Shown: one piece after another, positions 6,531 to 11,778 of the stretch | How the letters are laid out: every line of letters starts with the position of its first letter | Numbering within the stretch: position 1 is the stretch's first letter | Source of the DNA: Candidatus Sysuimicrobiota bacterium | Lineage (GTDB): Bacteria > Sysuimicrobiota > Sysuimicrobiia > Sysuimicrobiales > Sysuimicrobiaceae | Direction: 5' to 3' | Length of the DNA: 11,778 bases | NCBI GenBank assembly: GCA_040289515.1 | Contig: PSLI01000049.1 | Location: forward strand, 1 to 11,778 | Program-made: the position numbers and the translations under genes | Notes under the pieces: model-generated | What the model saw: only the letters and a program-made list of their open reading frames with translations | Databases searched by the model: none | What the model was told of the DNA's origin: nothing

Positions 6531-7709
6531 TCAACGTTGAACTTCAGGCGCACCTGCCACCGCAGCGGCGCCCGCGAGGGCCACGACTCCCAGGGAGGCG
6601 AAGGCCACCCCCCAACCCGCGCGGTCCAGCAGCCAGCCGAACACCGCGGGGGAGACGGCGGTCACCAAAAACCCCAGCCCCGACTGCACCGCCATGGTGG
6701 TGCCCAGCCAGCGGAGATCCGCAGACTCCGCCACCCCGGCAGAAAGGGTGCTGGACTCCGCGGTCACCACCAGCCCGTACACGAAGGCCAAAGGCAGGAC
6801 CACCGCTGCACCCAGGGGGAGGGTCCAGCCCACCGTGCAGGATACCGCGGCTGAGGCCAGCAGCACCGCCACCACCGTGCGGCGACGTCCCACCCGGTCC
6901 GAAGCCCACCCGCCCAAGGCGTTGCTGGCTGCGCCCGCAAGGAGCACCACAGAACCAAACGCGGCTCCCCGCGCCGCGGCGGAGCTGAGGGGAACACCCT
7001 GACCGGTCCACAGCGCAGCCAAAAACGCCGCCAGCCACGCTCGCATGCCGAACAGCTCCCAGTTGTGGGCCGCGTAGGCCACCACCCACCGCATCGCGGT
7101 CCGGTTGCGGAGCACCTCCCGGACTTGCAGGGGGGCCCGGTGGCTTCGGGGCGGGTCGTGGGCGATGCGCCACGCCACGGCCACTGCCAGCAGGGGACCC
7201 GCTGCGGGGACCCAGAAGCTCCACCGCCATCCCCACGGTAGCAGGGCGCCGGCCAGGGCCAAGGACAGCGCTGCACCTACGCTGAAGCAGGCGATGTAGG
7301 CTCCCAATGCGGCGCCCCGCTGCCCGGGGGCGAACCGCTCCACCACCAGCCGCATGCCGGGCATGTAGGTGCCCGCCAGCCCGACCCCGCAAACCAGCCG
7401 CAGGGCGAAAGCGGACGCGAAGTCCCGCGCCAGCCAAGGGAAGAGCAGGTTCGCCAGCCCGTTCCACAGGGCCGAGAGAAGGTAGATGCGGCGCACGCCC
7501 CACACGTCCGTGACGGTGGACAGAACCAGGACCGCCAGGGTGTAGCCCAGCTGCTGGGCCGCAAACACCGCGCCGGCTTGCCCCGCGGACATCTCCCACT
7601 CCTGCCGCAGCACGGGCAGCAGCGCCGCGTAACCCGAGAAGGTAAGCATGGTGCCCACTTCCGCGGCGCACAGCAGGGCCAGCCAGGTCCATGGGGCCGC
7701 GGGCTTCAC
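6531..7709 (-). CDS. Major facilitator superfamily transporter, substrate unknown
   Basis: 392 aa with about 12 hydrophobic segments. MFS motif-A-like loops TVTDVWGVRR and GWASDRVGRRR. Other motifs GLAGTYMPGM and AHNWELFGMRAW. GTG start. Confidence 0.92.
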   Translation of the reverse strand: MKPAAPWTWLALLCAAEVGTMLTFSGYAALLPVLRQEWEMSAGQAGAVFAAQQLGYTLAVLVLSTVTDVWGVRRIYLLSALWNGLANLLFPWLARDFASAFALRLVCGVGLAGTYMPGMRLVVERFAPGQRGAALGAYIACFSVGAALSLALAGALLPWGWRWSFWVPAAGPLLAVAVAWRIAHDPPRSHRAPLQVREVLRNRTAMRWVVAYAAHNWELFGMRAWLAAFLAALWTGQGVPLSSAAARGAAFGSVVLLAGAASNALGGWASDRVGRRRTVVAVLLASAAVSCTVGWTLPLGAAVVLPLAFVYGLVVTAESSTLSAGVAESADLRWLGTTMAVQSGLGFLVTAVSPAVFGWLLDRAGWGVAFASLGVVALAGAAAVAGAPEVQR

Positions 7710-7749
7710 CGCCCTACCCTCTCAAGCCCCGCGGGAGCGGAAAGGTTGC

Positions 7750-8670
7750 TCACACCTCCGGCAGCAGGTGATCCACAAACGCGTCGGGGTCGAAGCTCTC
7801 CAGGTCGTCAGGCCCCTCCCCCGTGCCCACCAGCTTCACCGGCAGCCCCAGGTGACGCCCGATGGCCAGCACCACGCCGCCCTTGGCGCTGGTGTCCAGT
7901 TTGGTGAGCACCACCCCCGTGGCCGCGGCCACCTCCTGGAACTGCCAGGCCTGCTGGAGGCCGTTCTGCCCCGTGGTGGCGTCCAGCACCAGCAGGGACT
8001 CCCACCGGCAGTCGGGCAGCTGCCGCGCCAGCACCCGCCGCACCTTCCGCAGCTCCTCCATGAGGTTGATCTTCGTGTGGAGCCGCCCCGCGGTGTCCGC
8101 CACCAGGACGTCCGCACACCGGGCCCGCGTGGCCTCCGCCGCGTCGTGCACCACCGCGGCGGGATCGGAGCCTTCTCGGTGACGCACCAGCTCGGCGCCT
8201 GCGCGGCGCGCCCACACCTCCAGCTGATCGATGGCCGCGGCGCGAAAGGTGTCCGCTGCCGCCAGCACCACGTGCTTGCCGAGCGCGCTCAAGTGGCAGG
8301 CCAGCTTCCCCGCGGTGGTGGTCTTGCCGGAGCCGTTCACGCCCACCACCAGCACCACCGCGGGCGGAGGCTCCAGATTCAGGGGTGCGGGGTCCGGCAG
8401 GTAGCCCCGCAACACCTCCCGCAGGGCCCCGCGGAGTTCCTCTGGGCGCCGCAGCCCAGCCCGCACGCGGCGCCGCAGCTCCTCCACCACCTCCCCGGTC
8501 ACCTCCACCCCCACGTCGGATACAAGGAGGGCTTCCTCCACCCGCTCGAAGAACGCGTCGTCCGGAGGGCGCGTGAAGGCATCCTGCAGGTACGCGGCCA
8601 AAACGTGCCTCGTGCGCCGCAACCCATCCCGGATGCGGCCCCGCAGCCCCGTCCGCCCGGCTATGTCCAC
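7750..8670 (-). CDS. ftsY: SRP receptor FtsY (short form, NG domain only)
   Basis: EEALLVSDVG, GVNGSGKTTT, ADTFRAAAIDQL, DPAAV, DTAGRLHTKINLMEEL, DATTGQNG and TKLDTSAKGG. GTG start with GGAGG, overlapping the upstream gene by 10 nt. Confidence 0.98.
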   Translation of the reverse strand: MDIAGRTGLRGRIRDGLRRTRHVLAAYLQDAFTRPPDDAFFERVEEALLVSDVGVEVTGEVVEELRRRVRAGLRRPEELRGALREVLRGYLPDPAPLNLEPPPAVVLVVGVNGSGKTTTAGKLACHLSALGKHVVLAAADTFRAAAIDQLEVWARRAGAELVRHREGSDPAAVVHDAAEATRARCADVLVADTAGRLHTKINLMEELRKVRRVLARQLPDCRWESLLVLDATTGQNGLQQAWQFQEVAAATGVVLTKLDTSAKGGVVLAIGRHLGLPVKLVGTGEGPDDLESFDPDAFVDHLLPEV

Positions 8671-9647
8671 GGAACCTCCGCGCCCGCGCCCTGCTCCGCC
8701 GCGCGGCGCAAGGCCAGCATCCCCACCGCCACGTCCTGAATTGCCACGCCCACCGACTTGAACAGGGTGACCTCGTCTGGGCCGCGCCGTCCCAGGGAAG
8801 GGTCTTCTATCAGTTGGCCCAGCTCCACCGCGTGGCTCCAGTCGAAAGCGCCCTCTGCAGCGGCCTGGATGAGGTCCCCGGCCTCCGCCCGCGCGGCCTC
8901 CAGGCTGTCCACCACCACCCTCGCCCGGCGCACCACCTCTGCAGGGACCTCCCGCATTTGGGGGGTGTAGGCACCGATGGCGTTCACGTGGGCGCCTGAA
9001 GTGACGTCCGCGGGATCAAACACGGGCTCACGGCTGGGCGTGGCGGTCACCACCACGTCCGCACCGCGCACCGCAGCCTGCGGGGACGGCGCGCTGAACA
9101 CCGACGCGCCCGCCAGCCACGGTCGCCCCCTCGCCCACGCGGCGAAGCTCTCCCGGTGGGCGGGGGTCGGACAGTACACCCGCACCTGGGTAACACTGCG
9201 CACCGCGCACACCCCCTCCAGCTGCCGGCGAGCCTGGACGCCGCAGCCGAATATCGCCGCCACCGCGGCGTCCCTGCGGGCCAGGAGGTCGGTAGCCAGG
9301 CCGGTAACGGCACCGGTGCGCAGGGCCGTGAGGGACGCTCCTTCCACCAGGCCCAGGGGCCGGCCATCGGTGGGGTCCAGCAGGAGCACGGCGGCCTGGA
9401 TGGTGGGGAGTCCCCGTTGTGGGTTTCCAGGAAAAACGGTGACGGCCTTCAGGCCCAGCCCCACGCCTTCCACCAGGGCGGGCATCCACAGCGCGTCGCC
9501 TGAAGGCGTGGGGAGGTGCACGCGCAGCGGGACTCGTGCCCGCGTCTGCGCGAGGGCCAGAAAAGCTTCGCGCAGGGCCTGGATGGCGTCCTGCATGGAC
9601 ACCAGATGTTCCAGGTCCGCTGCGCTCAGAACCCGCAGGTTCGGCAC
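8661..9647 (-). CDS. Ornithine cyclodeaminase / mu-crystallin family NAD(P)-dependent protein
   Basis: LWMPA, LKAVTVFPGN, LTALRTGAVTGLA, Rossmann IFGCGVQA, ADVVVTAT, HVNAIGAYTPQMRE and LFKSVGVAIQD. GTG 9647 (GGAGG 5 nt upstream) preferred over TTG 9662. Confidence 0.93.
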   Translation of the reverse strand: MPNLRVLSAADLEHLVSMQDAIQALREAFLALAQTRARVPLRVHLPTPSGDALWMPALVEGVGLGLKAVTVFPGNPQRGLPTIQAAVLLLDPTDGRPLGLVEGASLTALRTGAVTGLATDLLARRDAAVAAIFGCGVQARRQLEGVCAVRSVTQVRVYCPTPAHRESFAAWARGRPWLAGASVFSAPSPQAAVRGADVVVTATPSREPVFDPADVTSGAHVNAIGAYTPQMREVPAEVVRRARVVVDSLEAARAEAGDLIQAAAEGAFDWSHAVELGQLIEDPSLGRRGPDEVTLFKSVGVAIQDVAVGMLALRRAAEQGAGAEVPWT

Positions 9648-9672
9648 AAATTCCTCCCGCAAGCCCCCATCT

Positions 9673-11778
9673 TTAGGCCTGGGGAGGCGCGGGGGGCACC
9701 TGCTGCGCGGGCAGCTCCACCGGGATTCGCGGGACCTCCAGCGCCGCGGGCGGCGGCTCGGGGGAGGCAGGCTTGGGCGGGGCCGGAAGCAGGGCCTCCT
9801 CCAGTACCTCGTCCATGTGCTCCACGAACCGGAATCGCAGCGCCCGGCGCACGTTCTCGGGGATCTCGTGCATGTCCCGCTCGTTCTCCTTGGGCAGGAT
9901 CACCGTCCGGATCCCCGCCCGGTGGGCCGCGATCACCTTCTCCTTGAGCCCGCCCACGGGCAAAACCTTGCCCCGCAAGGTGATCTCGCCCGTCATGGCC
10001 ACGTCCTTGCGCACCGGCCGGCCGCTCAAGGCCGAGGCCAGGGCGGTGGCCATGGTGATCCCCGCGGAGGGACCCTCCTTGGGCTGTGCGCCCGCGGGCA
10101 CGTGGATGTGCACGTCAAACTTGCTGTACCAGTCCTCGTCCACGCCCAGCCGCCGGCTCCGGGACCGCACGTACGACACCGCGGCGTTGGCGGACTCCTT
10201 CATCACCTCCCCCAGCTGCCCGGTGAGCACCAGCTTGCCGTTGCCCTTCACCAGGGTGGCCTCCACCGTGACGATGTCCCCGCCCGTCTCCGCCCACACC
10301 AGACCCGTGGCGGCGCCCACCTCGTCCTGCTTCTCCGCCACGCCGTAGCGGAACTTGGCCGGGCCCAAAAAACGGTGCAGCATCCGGGCGGTGACCCGCT
10401 GGGGCGCCCGGGAGTCCCCGGAGGCGACGAGGGTTGCGATCTTCCGGCAGATGGTGCCGATCTCCCGCTCCAGGTTCCGGACCCCCGCCTCGCGGGTGTA
10501 CTCCCGGATGATGCGGCGCAAAGCCGCGTCCGTGATCTGCAGCCCGAACTCCTCCAGCCCGTTCTCCTTGCGCTGCTTGGGCACCAGGAAGTGCCGCGCG
10601 ATCCCCAGCTTCTCCTGCTCGATGTAGCCGGGGAACCGGATCACCTCCATCCGGTCCCGCAGGGCGGGCGGGATGGTGTCCAGCATGTTGGCCGTGCAGA
10701 TGAACATGACCTCGCTGAGGTCGAAGGGCAGCTCCAGGTAGTGGTCGCTGAAGGCATGGTTCTGCTCCGGATCTAGGGCCTCCAGCAGGGCCGCGGAGGG
10801 GTCGCCTCGGAAGTCCATGCCCAGCTTGTCGATCTCATCCAGCATGAACACGGGGTTCTTGCTGCCCGCGGTCTTCATCCCCTGGATGATGCGGCCGGGC
10901 AGCGCCCCCACGTAGGTGCGCCGGTGGCCCCGGATCTCCGCCTCGTCCCGAACCCCGCCCAAAGACATGCGGACGAACTTTCGACCCAGAGCCCGGGCGA
11001 TGGACTTGCCCAGGGAGGTCTTGCCCACCCCCGGGGGCCCCACGAAGCACAGGATGGGCCCCTTGGACTGGGGGCTCAGCTTGCGCACCGCCAGGTACTC
11101 CACGATGCGCTCCTTGGCCTTCTCCAGGCCGTAGTGGTCCTCGTCCAGGATCTTGCGCGCCTCCGGGATGTCCAGGCGGTCCTCCGTGCGCACGCTCCAC
11201 GGCAGGGCCAGGATCCAGTCCAGGTACGTGCGCACCACCACCGCCTCCGCCACCATGGGCGGCATTTTCTCCAGCCGTCCCAGCTCCTCCAGGGCCTTCT
11301 CCTTCACGGCCTCGGGCAGGTTGGCGGCCTCGATCTTTTTCCGGTACTCCTCCACCTCCGCCTGGCGCTCGTCCTTCTCTCCCAGCTCCTGCTGGATGGC
11401 CTTCATCTGCTCCTTCAGGTAGTACTCGCGCTGGGACTTCTCCATGGACTTGCGCACGCGGTTCTGGATCTTGCGCTCCAGGTCCAGGATGTTGATCTCC
11501 CGCGCGAGCACCTGGGAGATGAACTCCAGGCGGCTTGCGACGTCCAGCTCCAGCACCTTCTGGCGCTCCTCCGTCTTCAGGGGCAGGTGCTGCGCCACCA
11601 GGTCCGCCAGCTTGCCCGGCTGGTCCGCGTTCATCACCGCCATGTACGCCTCGGGGGGCACAGTGCGGCTCAGGCGCGCGTACCGCTCAAACTGGGAGGT
11701 GATCCCCCGCATGAGGGCCTCGATTTCCAGGGTCCGCTCCGTGGGGTCCTCCACGGTGCACACGTGGGCCAAGAAGAA
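9673..11778 (-). CDS. lon: ATP-dependent Lon protease (LonA), 5' end outside the window
   Basis: Frame is open to the window edge. [33 protein letters not shown], Walker A GPPGVGKT, Walker [20 protein letters not shown], catalytic Ser PKEGPSAG and catalytic Lys GGLKEK. Confidence 0.99.
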   Translation of the reverse strand, partial: FFLAHVCTVEDPTERTLEIEALMRGITSQFERYARLSRTVPPEAYMAVMNADQPGKLADLVAQHLPLKTEERQKVLELDVASRLEFISQVLAREINILDLERKIQNRVRKSMEKSQREYYLKEQMKAIQQELGEKDERQAEVEEYRKKIEAANLPEAVKEKALEELGRLEKMPPMVAEAVVVRTYLDWILALPWSVRTEDRLDIPEARKILDEDHYGLEKAKERIVEYLAVRKLSPQSKGPILCFVGPPGVGKTSLGKSIARALGRKFVRMSLGGVRDEAEIRGHRRTYVGALPGRIIQGMKTAGSKNPVFMLDEIDKLGMDFRGDPSAALLEALDPEQNHAFSDHYLELPFDLSEVMFICTANMLDTIPPALRDRMEVIRFPGYIEQEKLGIARHFLVPKQRKENGLEEFGLQITDAALRRIIREYTREAGVRNLEREIGTICRKIATLVASGDSRAPQRVTARMLHRFLGPAKFRYGVAEKQDEVGAATGLVWAETGGDIVTVEATLVKGNGKLVLTGQLGEVMKESANAAVSYVRSRSRRLGVDEDWYSKFDVHIHVPAGAQPKEGPSAGITMATALASALSGRPVRKDVAMTGEITLRGKVLPVGGLKEKVIAAHRAGIRTVILPKENERDMHEIPENVRRALRFRFVEHMDEVLEEALLPAPPKPASPEPPPAALEVPRIPVELPAQQVPPAPPQA

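Noticed and set aside
6488..7749. 7-bp inverted match GCAACCT/AGGTTGC flanking the MFS gene, as possible mobile-element ends
   Set aside because: Too short, with no transposase, target-site duplication or compositional shift.
7750..8670. FtsY lacking an acidic or transmembrane N-terminal domain
   Set aside because: Short NG-only FtsY proteins are common outside Proteobacteria.
8977..10776. 599-aa plus-strand ORF and the other short overlapping ORFs in the track
   Set aside because: They overlap well-supported minus-strand genes, are Arg/Pro/Gly-rich without motifs, and are expected at this GC content.
1..11778. SRP RNA, tRNA, rRNA, CRISPR array or defence genes
   Set aside because: Internal intergenic gaps are all under 70 nt. 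By eye I found no SRP domain IV motif, cloverleaf, repeat-spacer pattern or nuclease/integrase gene.

Overview
This is very GC-rich bacterial DNA (about 70% or more, estimated by eye) with 15 protein genes, all on the minus strand and tightly packed like one operon. In transcription order (right to left): lon (5'-truncated) - ornithine cyclodeaminase/mu-crystallin family protein - ftsY - MFS transporter - ylxM - RsmC/YbxB-like SAM methyltransferase - ffh - rpsP - khpA - ylqD - rimM - trmD - rplS - lepB - rnhB. The backbone is the well-known Terrabacteria SRP/trmD housekeeping cluster. The presence of ylxM and ylqD plus high GC suggests a high-GC Terrabacteria lineage such as Armatimonadota/CSP1-3-like or high-GC Bacillota (inference only). 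I found no mobile element, CRISPR array, RNA gene or defence system. The non-standard aspects are (i) three extra genes in the SRP cluster, notably a methyltransferase overlapping both ylxM and ffh, (ii) an AT-rich palindrome over the ylxM ribosome-binding site with -35-like half-sites, a possible YlxM operator, (iii) an SD-sequestering hairpin at the rimM/trmD junction, (iv) a perfect TATAAT plus a hairpin leader before rplS, and (v) no canonical start codon where rnhB should begin. These are hypotheses, not a demonstrated new system.
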